From Candidatus Borrarchaeum weybense (GTDB lineage: Archaea; Asgardarchaeota; Sifarchaeia; Borrarchaeales; Borrarchaeaceae): a stretch of DNA of 64,000 nucleotides. The stretch lies in the NCBI GenBank assembly GCA_019057385.1, contig JAHQJS010000008.1, positions 32,001-96,000 of the forward strand, written 5' to 3'. Shown here piece after piece: positions 39,682 through 49,942 of this stretch (its first letter is position 1; each line of letters begins with the position of its first letter). The position numbers and the translations under genes are program-made. The notes under the pieces are model-generated. The model was not told the origin of the DNA. It saw nothing but the letters and a program-made list of their open reading frames with translations, and made no database searches.

Positions 39682-39900
39682 ATGAAACGCTCAATGCTTG
39701 AGATCGTAAAAACACTTTTTGACACCCTTGATGAAAATGGATCAAATCCATTTATTCGCACCATAGAGATCGTTGAGAAAACCGGCATAAGTCATCGCTC
39801 TCTAAAGACACTGGTCGAATTGATTCAGTTTATTCAAGAACAAAAACCCCTCAAATTCATCCAACAATCGCCAAGGGTAACACTGTATTTTCTTGAGTAA
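39682..39900 (+). CDS. Small winged-helix-like hypothetical protein
   Basis: RTIEIVEKTGISHRSLKTLVELI; divergent from the tnpB-like gene. Confidence 0.55.
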   Translation: MKRSMLEIVKTLFDTLDENGSNPFIRTIEIVEKTGISHRSLKTLVELIQFIQEQKPLKFIQQSPRVTLYFLE

Positions 39901-40038
39901 GTGGGACATATTTACAAGGAAAAAGTTCACGGGCAGCAAGTTCTTAGAACATGTGTTCAAATTGAGCTTCACCTCAACAGCTTGATCTCTAAGATACTTC
40001 AATGATTTTTCTACTATCTTCACATCATTTCAAACTCC

Positions 40039-40404
40039 TCAAAATCTCTTAGCCCATTGCCATGACATCCTCCGAGCCACCTCATACGCTTTGTTCTCCC
40101 TTCCTTGCTTGACATACATTCCAATCAACGTCCTTCGGATTGATAATAACTCGTGAAAAATACATGTCTCTTGGATTTCAAATTCAGTAATTTTATCGCC
40201 ACAACGAACACACTTCATTTTTAGTTCTTTAACTCTTTTTGTGTCTCCGTTAAATTTCGCTGCCCTCTTTTCTGCGTCTAATTTGTCTTGTCGTCTGTAG
40301 TATCCTCTTAAAATGGCTCGTATATTTGTTAGTTTGCTGATAGTTACACGTTCAAGGATTAGTCTTTTTTCGAGTTCTTCATTAGTTTCCTCTACCATTT
40401 CCAC
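40039..40404 (-). CDS. Hypothetical basic protein
   Basis: Strong GGAGGGGGAGG RBS; 121 aa. Confidence 0.55.
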   Translation of the reverse strand: MEMVEETNEELEKRLILERVTISKLTNIRAILRGYYRRQDKLDAEKRAAKFNGDTKRVKELKMKCVRCGDKITEFEIQETCIFHELLSIRRTLIGMYVKQGRENKAYEVARRMSWQWAKRF

Positions 40405-40819
40405 TAATCCTCCCCCTCCTAAAATCCATTAAAAAGACCAAATAGCTTAAATACAACCTAAGAATGAAGGCTGAATTCTTCTTCTTAGTTTAAAAGACGT
40501 TAAAATAGCGGCATTAATAGCCATTTTCATCACCTCGTGGGCAACGGGTTTGTAGAGTTGGTTATGGTACAGTCCGTCATAACTTTCTGCGTGTTACGTC
40601 ACCTGTATTCAACCAAACTTTGCTTCTTAATGTCAATTATTGTACAGCATAATTTAAACACCACCAAAAATCGCTGGGTTTATATACTAAAATGCGTGCT
40701 GTGACTATCACTTCACACATTGCCAAAAGAACAAATTAGACTCATAATTCATTTTTAAGGTAAAAAAACTAGCTATCGTCCATTTCAGGTAGATCTATTA
40801 TTACAATCATTCCCTTCTT

Positions 40820-43234
40820 TTAATTTCTGATCTTTTCTTGGCAGTATTTTACCAGCTCTTGTGTACTTAAATTCTCTACTAATTCCCTCTCAACCTCATT
40901 TAATAGATTATTCCACAGGAATAACACTTGGAGGTTGACGAGATTTTCAAGTCCTTTGATTTCTTCTATCAGATTATCATGAAGGTATAATTCCTTTAGA
41001 TTAGTGATGTTATCCAGCCCCTTAATCTCTCTTATCTTGTTAAAACTTAGAATTAATACTTCAAGTTCGGCAAGGTTATCCAGTCCTGTGATCTCTGTAA
41101 TATCTCTAATATCCATCCAGCTAAGATTCAATCTACGATTCTTAACTTCAACAACCTTACCTCTGACCATCACAGCTGGTAGTTTTCTCATTTTAATTTG
41201 ACAAAATTTAACTACATAAGGAGCGTTCAGGTATCCACTGTCCCCTAAATACTGTTCATCTTCTTGTATTGGATTATCTGTTAGGTTAAGTCTCCTCAAG
41301 TTGTTGAGATTTTCCAAGCCTTTGATTTCTTCTATCAGATTTCCACGTAGGTATAGCTTTTTAAGATTAATGAGAGTATCCAATCCTCGAATATCTTTGA
41401 TCTGATTATCGCTTAGATCAAGTGATTCAAGGCAAGTGAGCCTTTCCAAGCCTTTAACTTCTTCTATCTGGTTATTACTAAAATATAACTCCCGGAGATT
41501 AGTTAGATGTTCCAATACGGTGAGTTTTTCTATTTGATTGCCATTAAGATACAGTATTTTAAGCTGAGTGAGGTTCTCTAATCCTCTGATCTCGATAATA
41601 TCAGAAAGTCCTATCTCACTAAGATCGAGTATATTGTTAGATACATAATATTTTTCCCCTTTAATTGTCACAAATACATCAAATTCGACTTTTATTTTGT
41701 CTTGACAATGTTCAACGACTTTCTGAGCCTGTTTTAAGCCTTGAGCTGCGAGATGTTTCTGATCCTTTCTTAATGGATTTCCTGTAAGATCAAGTTTTTT
41801 TAGTTGCGTAAGCTTTTCTAACCCGCAGATTTCACTTATCTGATTACCTCTAATATTAAGTTCTTGGAGATTGCTGAGAGTGTCTAATCCTTTAATTTCT
41901 CGGATGTCAGCTATTTTTAATTGGCTTAGGTCGAGTTTCCCCATTGTATAATACTTGTCTCCCTTAACTGTCACAAAGGGAATTCGTTCTTCCGTTTTAT
42001 CCTGACAATAACGAACAATCTCCTGTGCGTTCATATCTACGATCTGTGGCTCATCGAACCGTATCGGATTACCCTTAAGATCAAGATACTGGAGATCTTT
42101 CAGACTCTCCAGTCCTTTAATCTCTTCTAGTTGATTATTGCTTAACCTTAACTCTTTGAGTTTAGTAAGGTTGTCCAATCCTTTGATCTCGTAGATATCC
42201 GTGATTTCTTTCTCGCTAAGATCTAAAGTATCGAAAAGAACATAGTAATTTTCCCCTCTAAACGTCACATAATTGTTGCCCGACTTTTTCTCTCGACAGT
42301 ATTTCACAACCTCTTGTACATCTCTCATATCATCTGGTAACGGTTTTTCTATACCAATAGAATAGTTTTGGGACATATCGTTCCATTCTGGAATATATTC
42401 ATCACGAATTGTTGTATAGATTACAGACATTTCATCGTTTCTTATCGGATTAGCACTAAGATCTAGTTCCTGGAGGTTTTTAAGATTCTCCAGTCCTTTA
42501 ATCTCGAAAATACAATTATTATTGAGATACAGGTTTTGGAGGTTTTTAATATTAGTTAATCCTTCAAGTTCTTTGATCTGATTGTTATGTAGGTTTAATT
42601 CCCTTAGCATAACGAGAGTGTCCAAACCCTTGATTTTTTGGATCTGATTACCATAAAGATTAAGTTCTTTGAGGTTAGTGAGGTGTTCAAGTCCTTTAAT
42701 GTCTTTGATTTGATTTTCACCAAGATCTAGTCGTTGAAGGTAAGCAAGATTTTCCAGCCCTTTGATTTCTGTAATGAAATTACCCTTACCCACTTCTGCA
42801 GACCAATAATCAGGACCATTTAGATAGAGTTCTTGTAAGTTAATGAGGTGTTCCAAGCCCTCAATTACTTTTATTTTATTAGTACTGAGACTAAGTATTT
42901 TTAGATTTTTGACGTTCTCCATTCCTTCAATCATTTCTATTTCATTATCCGCAAGATAGAGTTCTTGGAGATTTATGAGGTTCTCCAACCCTGTTATTTC
43001 TATGATCCAATTATTTTCGAGGTTTAATTCCTTAAGATTGTTAAGGTTTTCAAGTCCTTTGATCTCTCTTATCCTGTTATTACTTAGAATTAGCGTTTGA
43101 AGATTGGTGAGATGTTCCAACCCTTTTATTTCTTTGATATCTGTGATTCTACGATTACTAAGATCTAGTACTCCGTCTTCAGCAAAATATTTCTTGCCTT
43201 TAACCGTCACAAACTCCTTTCCCATCCGTCCCAC
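40820..43234 (-). CDS. SDS22-like leucine-rich repeat protein with five capped LRR modules
   Basis: Many 22-aa LENLxNLxxLxLxxNxIxEIxG repeats; recurring N-cap (F/Y)VTxxGxxY..LDLS and C-cap NP(I/L)..xxVVKYC. Confidence 0.93.
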   Translation of the reverse strand: MGRMGKEFVTVKGKKYFAEDGVLDLSNRRITDIKEIKGLEHLTNLQTLILSNNRIREIKGLENLNNLKELNLENNWIIEITGLENLINLQELYLADNEIEMIEGMENVKNLKILSLSTNKIKVIEGLEHLINLQELYLNGPDYWSAEVGKGNFITEIKGLENLAYLQRLDLGENQIKDIKGLEHLTNLKELNLYGNQIQKIKGLDTLVMLRELNLHNNQIKELEGLTNIKNLQNLYLNNNCIFEIKGLENLKNLQELDLSANPIRNDEMSVIYTTIRDEYIPEWNDMSQNYSIGIEKPLPDDMRDVQEVVKYCREKKSGNNYVTFRGENYYVLFDTLDLSEKEITDIYEIKGLDNLTKLKELRLSNNQLEEIKGLESLKDLQYLDLKGNPIRFDEPQIVDMNAQEIVRYCQDKTEERIPFVTVKGDKYYTMGKLDLSQLKIADIREIKGLDTLSNLQELNIRGNQISEICGLEKLTQLKKLDLTGNPLRKDQKHLAAQGLKQAQKVVEHCQDKIKVEFDVFVTIKGEKYYVSNNILDLSEIGLSDIIEIRGLENLTQLKILYLNGNQIEKLTVLEHLTNLRELYFSNNQIEEVKGLERLTCLESLDLSDNQIKDIRGLDTLINLKKLYLRGNLIEEIKGLENLNNLRRLNLTDNPIQEDEQYLGDSGYLNAPYVVKFCQIKMRKLPAVMVRGKVVEVKNRRLNLSWMDIRDITEITGLDNLAELEVLILSFNKIREIKGLDNITNLKELYLHDNLIEEIKGLENLVNLQVLFLWNNLLNEVERELVENLSTQELVKYCQEKIRN

Positions 43235-43404
43235 TCCCTTAGATGTATATTATTAAGGATTATGAAGTCATTTCTATTTTTTTGCCTGCTCAACGCTTCA
43301 GTCATCCATATAAGACCTTTTTACCTAAATAAACCTTAGTTATTGATTGTAAACAGTCAGCGTAATTAAATACAAATAAGGCTAAGGCAACTCATTATAT
43401 GACT

Positions 43405-43550
43405 TAATGGCGCGGCGAGGTTGTCTGTGACGACCGAGAGTAGGCAACACGACGGAGTGTTAGTTTGAGGACTGTCTAAAGAAAACTACGTGAATTGCAG
43501 GTTGCCGTTACACGTTCGAGCCCAACCGCCTGAAGTTATAAGGGCTCTAC
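43405..43550 (+). ncRNA. Candidate structured RNA (unassigned)
   Basis: GC-richer intergenic stretch with 4-5 consecutive stems and a possible pseudoknot; strand uncertain. Confidence 0.3.
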
Positions 43551-43556
43551 TAATCT

Positions 43557-43817
43557 TTATTTAGAGGTTAAAACAAACCGTCTACTTCGCGACTCTTCCT
43601 CCTCTTTTTCCCACTTGTCAAAATCAAAATCAATTACAGCTTTTCTTACTGAAAAATTATGGTAACGGAAAAAGTCCCATATTTGATTCGCTAATTCACT
43701 AACATCAATGTAGCAGTGACCTGACGCAGGAGGGGAAAAAGTTAAATTGGGCGGTTCGGCGCCTACCAAGCCCACGAGGACTGCATTCACACAACCGTTG
43801 AAAACGACATAGACCAC
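43557..43817 (-). CDS. Hypothetical small protein (start uncertain)
   Basis: ORF track; C-terminal part looks protein-like (YIDVSELANQIWDFF..). Confidence 0.35.
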   Translation of the reverse strand: MVYVVFNGCVNAVLVGLVGAEPPNLTFSPPASGHCYIDVSELANQIWDFFRYHNFSVRKAVIDFDFDKWEKEEEESRSRRFVLTSK

Positions 43818-44638
43818 ACAGCTTTTGATTACTAGAGAAAGTCAAAAACAATTTAATGAATTCGTATTAGACACAGAATTAGCAATTCACATGATTTTAA
43901 AAGATTTTTTAATAGTTCTTATATTTTTAAAATGAATTATAAGTATTTCAATAGTTTTTTAGGTGGTGTAAAGCATGGTAACAGCGTTTCATACCAAACT
44001 TACAGCGTTTTGACTTACCAATTTTTTTCCAACCAATTCGATGAAGCTTTCAATATTTTCGATGAAATTTCTAACGATTGTGATAGTATTTTTTCCCCTT
44101 CGATAGATAGTTGTTTAGAACTGTTGACATATTAACTGCTCGCTTTCCTTCAACCCATTTATAAAGACATGCTGCTCATTTATAAACAAATGCGTTTTTT
44201 TCAACGTTGTGTCTTAAGCTTAAGTGTTGTTACGTTTAGTAACGGAAGAAAAAAGGTTTTACCTCATTGTTAAAAGAGATCAAAAATTGTTCTTGCCTTA
44301 ATTCTTTTAAATTAATCTTTATACAGTAATAGCTTTATATAAGGTCTCTTTCAACGCTATGTAATAAGATAATACGCTCATTGGGAATCATAACGACTAC
44401 CGTCAAAAAAATCACTACCGTCAAACAGATCACTACTTGAGGGCAAAAAACTCCTTTTAAGAATGTTTTGATGAAGTAGTGGATTTATTTTGTTTCTTAC
44501 ATCTGAGATGGAATAATATAAAATGAGGTGGTAATCTCTTTGAAAACCATCAAGCAATTTAAGGGTTCTATGATAGCTTTTATAATATGTTTAAGAGTCT
44601 AAACTGAAATATCAATAAAAAAATCTACGAGGCTTAAA

Positions 44639-46015
44639 GTGGTAAAAATGGTAAGAACACAGAAACAACTCTTTGGTACAAACGGCATACGCGGTGTTGC
44701 AAATAAAGAAATTACTGCTGAATTTTGTGTTAATATGGGTAGTGCCATTGCAACCCATTTCGGGAGAGGAACCCTGATTGTGGGGTGCGATGGGCGTACA
44801 AGTAATCAAATGCTGAAATCAGCTGTCATCTCAGGTATCGTTTCCGCAGGTCTCGGCGTGCTTGATATCGGCTTATGCCCAACGCCTGCACTCCAGTATG
44901 TGATACCTCTCTACGGTGTTAGAGGGGGCGTAATGATAACAGCGTCACATAATCCACCTGAATACAATGGCATCAAGGTTATGGATAGAGATGGGGTTGA
45001 AATCTCTAGTGGAGAGGAATTAGCTATTGAGACAATTTATTTTGAAAAAAGACAACATCTGGCAGAATGGAATATGATTGGAACCATCCAAACGGAGTCA
45101 AAGACATGTGATGTATACAAAGAAGCAATAAAGACACATGTGACGGGCAAAGATGAGATTCTAAGGACAAACTTGAAAGTAGTCGTCGACCCGGCAAACT
45201 CTGTTGGTGCATTAGTGACCCCGTATGTACTTAGGGAACTTGGCTGTAGTGTAATAACTATTAATGGCCACATTGACGGTAGTTTTCCAGGAAGAACCCC
45301 AGAGCCCACTCCAAAGACACTTAAAGACCTTTCAAAAATCGTAGTCAACGTAGGTGCAGATTTCGGTGTAGCGCACGATGGAGACGCTGATCGTGCGATA
45401 TTTGTGGATGAAATAGGAATAGTACAACCAGGAGATCGTACTTTTGCACTTATCGAAAAACATGTCCTGTCAAATAATCCGAAAAACAAAGTAGTAACGC
45501 CCGTTGCTTCTTCTTCAATGATTCAAGAGATTGCAAAGGAAAGTGATTGTGAAATTGTATGGACAAAAGTCGGATCGGTAGGTGTCTCAAGAGCAATTTT
45601 AAGTGAAAATGCGATATTAGGTGGCGAGGAAAATGGTGGTGTATTTTTCAGTGAATTTCAACCCGTGCGTGATGGGGCAATGACTGCTGCATTGATTGCG
45701 GAGATTGTTTCTAAATCGAAAAAAAGTCTATCTACTTTATTGGGCGAATTACCGCAGTATTTTAATGTAAAACTAAAGATTTCGTGCCCGAACGAAAAGA
45801 AAGCGCAAGTAATTGAAACAATTTTAGAAAACACGAAAGAGTACGATTCGATTACAATTGATGGTACGAAGATTCTTACGGATGATGGTTGGGTTCTTAT
45901 TCGTCCCAGTGGTACTGAACCGATTTTTCGAAGTTTTGCTGAGGCAAAAACACAAGAACGCGCAACAGAATTAGCTGAATGGGGTATTTCGCTCGTAAAA
46001 GATGCGCAAAATTGA
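44639..46015 (+). CDS. glmM: Phosphohexomutase (phosphoglucosamine mutase / PMM-PGM)
   Basis: LFGTNGIRG, TASHNP, DGDADR, GEENGG, RPSGTEP. Confidence 0.9.
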   Translation: MVKMVRTQKQLFGTNGIRGVANKEITAEFCVNMGSAIATHFGRGTLIVGCDGRTSNQMLKSAVISGIVSAGLGVLDIGLCPTPALQYVIPLYGVRGGVMITASHNPPEYNGIKVMDRDGVEISSGEELAIETIYFEKRQHLAEWNMIGTIQTESKTCDVYKEAIKTHVTGKDEILRTNLKVVVDPANSVGALVTPYVLRELGCSVITINGHIDGSFPGRTPEPTPKTLKDLSKIVVNVGADFGVAHDGDADRAIFVDEIGIVQPGDRTFALIEKHVLSNNPKNKVVTPVASSSMIQEIAKESDCEIVWTKVGSVGVSRAILSENAILGGEENGGVFFSEFQPVRDGAMTAALIAEIVSKSKKSLSTLLGELPQYFNVKLKISCPNEKKAQVIETILENTKEYDSITIDGTKILTDDGWVLIRPSGTEPIFRSFAEAKTQERATELAEWGISLVKDAQN

Positions 46016-46064
46016 TGGAAAAAACATTAATGATTGATGACAAAAATAGTATGAGGTAATTGTT

Positions 46065-47417
46065 TTGGTACTTGAAAAACTTAGTGGCGCTTTGAATGGT
46101 GCGCTACGCAAATTACTACGTATGCCTACCGTTGACGCAAAAGCGATTAAGGAACTTGTAAAAGACTTGCAACGAGCCCTGTTACAAGCTGACGTAAAGG
46201 TTGATCTTGTTTTTGAACTTTCAAAGAACATTGAACGACGAGCGTTATCAAAGGAACTTCCTCCAGGTATCACTAGAAGAGAACATGTTATAAAGACCGT
46301 TTATGATGAACTTGTAACAATTCTTGGTGAAAAAACTGAAGTTATTCGTATAAAACCTGGTCAAACTTCCATTATAATGTTGATTGGGATTCAAGGCAGC
46401 GGAAAGACGACGTCTTGTGGTAAATTAGCCTATTTTTATAAAAAGAAAGGATTCAAGACTGCACTCGTATGTGGTGATACCTATCGGCCTGCGGCGTTTA
46501 ATCAACTCTCACAACTTGCTGCATCCATAAATGTACCGATTTTCGGAGATACTTCGGAAAAGGACGCAATAAAGGTTGTAAAAAAAGGGGTTGAGCAATT
46601 TACAAATGAAAAACATGAAGTAATTATTGTAGATACCGCTGGACGCCACAAAGATGAAACATCACTTATAGAGGAAATGAAAGGCATAGAACGTTCCATT
46701 CATCCACAAGAGATCATTTTGGTAATAGATGGAACTCTTGGTCAACAAGCGTATACTCAGGCTGAGGCTTTTAATGATGCTACAGATATTGGGGCGATCC
46801 TTGTAACAAAACTTGATGGAAGTGCTCGTGGAGGCGGTGCTTTATCTGCAGTTGCTGCTACAGGAGCTCCAATAAAATTTATCGGTATTGGTGAAAAAAT
46901 AGAAGATTTGGAGAGATTTAATAGCCCTAGATTCGTTGGCAGATTACTTGGAATGGGTGATCTATCATCCCTTATTGAAAAATTGAGAGACGCAGAAGTC
47001 ACCCCTTCTAAAAAAGAAGCCAAAGTATTTCTTTCAGGTAAATTCACCCTGTTAGAGTTCAGAGAGCAGATCAAGAAAATGAAAAAAATGGGTCCTCTAT
47101 CAAAGATATTCAGTTTTCTTCCAGGTGTATCTAATATTCCTGATGAAATGAAATCAATGTCTGAAGAAAAAATCAAGCGATGGGAACATATTCTTGATAG
47201 TATGCGCAGTGAAGAATTAATAAACCCTAAACTTTTGAAACGTTCTCGTGTTGTTCGTGTAGCAAGGGGTTCTGGAACAGATATAAAAGATGTAAGAGAA
47301 TTACTTCAACAATATAACATGCTCAGAAAACTTATGAAAGGCATGAGAGGACGAAGGCGAATGAAAGGACTTCCTATGATGCCCGGTGGGCTTCCTGATA
47401 TGCCCATGGACCTATAG
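46065..47417 (+). CDS. srp54: Signal recognition particle protein SRP54
   Basis: GIQGSGKTT, DTAGRH, TKLDG, M domain (RVARGSG). Confidence 0.96.
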   Translation: MVLEKLSGALNGALRKLLRMPTVDAKAIKELVKDLQRALLQADVKVDLVFELSKNIERRALSKELPPGITRREHVIKTVYDELVTILGEKTEVIRIKPGQTSIIMLIGIQGSGKTTSCGKLAYFYKKKGFKTALVCGDTYRPAAFNQLSQLAASINVPIFGDTSEKDAIKVVKKGVEQFTNEKHEVIIVDTAGRHKDETSLIEEMKGIERSIHPQEIILVIDGTLGQQAYTQAEAFNDATDIGAILVTKLDGSARGGGALSAVAATGAPIKFIGIGEKIEDLERFNSPRFVGRLLGMGDLSSLIEKLRDAEVTPSKKEAKVFLSGKFTLLEFREQIKKMKKMGPLSKIFSFLPGVSNIPDEMKSMSEEKIKRWEHILDSMRSEELINPKLLKRSRVVRVARGSGTDIKDVRELLQQYNMLRKLMKGMRGRRRMKGLPMMPGGLPDMPMDL

Positions 47418-47470
47418 TTCACAATCATTATGTCGTCTTTTTCCTTCCACCGTAGAAGTAGCGGGTTTCC

Positions 47471-48844
47471 TTGAGTTGTTTTTACGGAATTAATGTGATT
47501 TCTATGAATGAAAACCACCTTGACAATAAGATTTGCAGTAAGGCAATTGAACTTCTTAAATCTCATAAATATTTATGCGACAGTTGTCTTGGTCGGCAAT
47601 TTGCGGCTTATGGTAGTGGTTTGGCTAATAAAGAACGAGGATTTGCAATTAAAACTCTACTAACTATGAATGCGCATCGCCTTGAAGATTTGGAATTATT
47701 GAAAGTCCTTGCCATTCATGGTAAATGTGAAAGTGCTATTAAAACACTATTAATTTTTGGAATAGACACGCAACCCCATGATTCAAAGTGCTCTTTATGT
47801 GAAGGAATATTTGATGATTTGCCAAAATATGCAAATGAAATTATTGAAAAAATCAAAGATGTTGATTTTGATACCTTTCTTGTCGGCTCAAAAATTTCGC
47901 CGTTACTATTAGAGCGTGAGGATGAACTTCGAGCAAATTATCGTATTGAATCGGGTGAAGCGTGCAAGTCTGAATTAAATAGAGAACTCGGAAAATATAT
48001 TCACAAATTTACTGAAAAGAATGTAAGTTTTCAGAATCCAGATGTAGTTATTCTTCTGGATACTATAAATAACGAATTATCGATATCTGTGAATCCGCTT
48101 TTCATCTATGGACGTTACCGGAAATTAATTCGAGGAATCCCACAAAGTACGTGGATCTGTTCATCATGTCAAGGAAAAGGATGTAGTGAATGTAATGGGA
48201 CGGGGAAACGATATTCTGAATCAATAGAGGAACTAATCTCCAATCCCACATTAGAATTAACCAAGGGCAAAGATGGCATTCTTCACGCCTCAGGACGCGA
48301 AGATATAGACGCAAAGATGCTTGGAAATGGAAGACCCTTTGTGCTTGAAATTAAAGAGCCTAAAATACGCAACATTTCGCTAGATAAACTTCAAGAGGCA
48401 ATTAACAACTATGCTCAGGGAAAAGTAGAAGTATTAGATCTAAGGAAGATCACTCGAGAGATAATTAGACAAATCAAGGCGCGCTCTAAATTCACAGAAA
48501 AAACTTATAGATTGCTTGTAAAGGTTTCTCGCAAAATAGAAGTTGTTGATGTAAATAGAATTGAGCAAGCATTTCAATCTATCACCATCGATCAGCGGAC
48601 ACCTCAACGAGTTCTGCACAGGCGTGTAGACAAGATTCGTCAGAAAAGAGTATTTAGTTTTAAGATTAATCAAGTCCTTGATGATAATATTATGGAAGTT
48701 ATTGTTCACTGTGAAGGAGGCCTCTATGTCAAAGAATTGTTAACAGGAGATGAAGGATTTACTAAACCCAGTGTTAGCGAATTACTTAATTCAGACATTG
48801 AAGTATTAGAAATTGACGTTATCAAGGTTCATTCTAACTTATAA
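47471..48844 (+). CDS. pus10: tRNA pseudouridine(54/55) synthase Pus10
   Basis: LCDSCLGRQF, GRYRKLIRGIPQ, GREDIDAKMLGNGRPF, QRTPQRV, GGLYVKE. Likely start 47504. Confidence 0.94.
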   Translation: MSCFYGINVISMNENHLDNKICSKAIELLKSHKYLCDSCLGRQFAAYGSGLANKERGFAIKTLLTMNAHRLEDLELLKVLAIHGKCESAIKTLLIFGIDTQPHDSKCSLCEGIFDDLPKYANEIIEKIKDVDFDTFLVGSKISPLLLEREDELRANYRIESGEACKSELNRELGKYIHKFTEKNVSFQNPDVVILLDTINNELSISVNPLFIYGRYRKLIRGIPQSTWICSSCQGKGCSECNGTGKRYSESIEELISNPTLELTKGKDGILHASGREDIDAKMLGNGRPFVLEIKEPKIRNISLDKLQEAINNYAQGKVEVLDLRKITREIIRQIKARSKFTEKTYRLLVKVSRKIEVVDVNRIEQAFQSITIDQRTPQRVLHRRVDKIRQKRVFSFKINQVLDDNIMEVIVHCEGGLYVKELLTGDEGFTKPSVSELLNSDIEVLEIDVIKVHSNL

Positions 48845-48847
48845 TAT

Positions 48848-49453
48848 TTGATTTTTGGTCAAATCTCTCAATTGAGGTTGTCTTTAGACATGTCAAAAGC
48901 ACTTAAATGCGAATTTGTTGAAATCTGTAAACTTCTTTATTTAAGAGGTCTTGCTAAGGCTTGGGGAGGAAATGTAAGCGTTCGGAATGGAAAAAATCAC
49001 ATAATCATTACCCCGAAGGGGACATCATTATTTGATATCTCTTTAGATAATCTTGTTGTAACAACTCTTGACGGATTAGTGGTAGAGGGGGGTCAGCCTT
49101 CATCAGAATTACCTATGCATAGTGCAATTTATCATGCAAGATCTGATATAGGGGCTATCATTCATATTCATTCTCTTTATTCGACTCTTTATTCAATTCT
49201 TAAAAAACCAATTGAATTATTTACCGCTGAGAGCAAAATCCTCATTGGAGCACTTCAATTTGTTGAATATGCTGAACCTGGTTCGCAGAAACTTGCTGGT
49301 CTCGTAGTTAATCGCTTTAAAGATCATAGTGCTTGCATTCTTGCTCGCCATGGAATTGTTGTTGGTGGAAGTTCTTTAAAAAACGCCTATTATCTCGCTG
49401 AATTGATAGAGGAGGCTGCGAAACTTAATTTTTTGAAAAAATTAGTTTGTTAG
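48848..49453 (+). CDS. Class II aldolase/adducin family protein
   Basis: GNVS, PSSELPMH, IIHIHS, HG. Confidence 0.88.
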   Translation: MIFGQISQLRLSLDMSKALKCEFVEICKLLYLRGLAKAWGGNVSVRNGKNHIIITPKGTSLFDISLDNLVVTTLDGLVVEGGQPSSELPMHSAIYHARSDIGAIIHIHSLYSTLYSILKKPIELFTAESKILIGALQFVEYAEPGSQKLAGLVVNRFKDHSACILARHGIVVGGSSLKNAYYLAELIEEAAKLNFLKKLVC

Positions 49454-49574
49454 CTAAAAATTAACATAAACGGTTCTTTTAAGATTTTAAATGACAAAAT
49501 ACCTTTGCCTAATGCAAAATTTTCTAAATACAAAAAAACTAGATTGAAAAGAAAAAATGAGAAATTTGATTGAT

Positions 49575-49853
49575 TTAATCAGAGATCGTCTCTAAGATAC
49601 TAACGGCATTCCATATTCGCGTCCTAGCATGGAGGGGACAATTTGGATCCTGAGAAATTTCATCTAGAATTGAAATCGCATTAGAAGCTTTTACCGCAGC
49701 GCTGTCTACCTTATCTGTTTCTATTGCATCGATACTCTCATTGGCAGCTCTTCGAATATTTCTGGGGACACTGGTATCCTCTGATATCATCTTAAGGACT
49801 TGGAGGACTTGCTTTAATTTTTCCTGTGTTTCTTCGCTCATTTGTTTCGCCAC
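49575..49853 (-). CDS. UPF0147 family protein
   Basis: [25 protein letters not shown]. Confidence 0.88.
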   Translation of the reverse strand: MAKQMSEETQEKLKQVLQVLKMISEDTSVPRNIRRAANESIDAIETDKVDSAAVKASNAISILDEISQDPNCPLHARTRIWNAVSILETISD

Positions 49854-49942
49854 CTCAGCAAAAGAACTAATAGTAAACTATTCATATTCCTTAATCATAC
49901 AGCAGTAAGAGAGGTTTTTAAAACTTTTTCACTATACATTAG

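Noticed and set aside
43511-43530. gttcgagccc as a tRNA T-loop
   Set aside because: Flanks do not form a T-stem and no cloverleaf can be built.
43740-43795. HDV-like ribozyme on the minus strand (tcctcgt loop-like motif)
   Set aside because: The P3 and P1 pairings required around the motif could not be formed.
43932-44240. Small ORFs or pseudogene fragments
   Set aside because: Short frames with no recognisable motif; cannot be supported.
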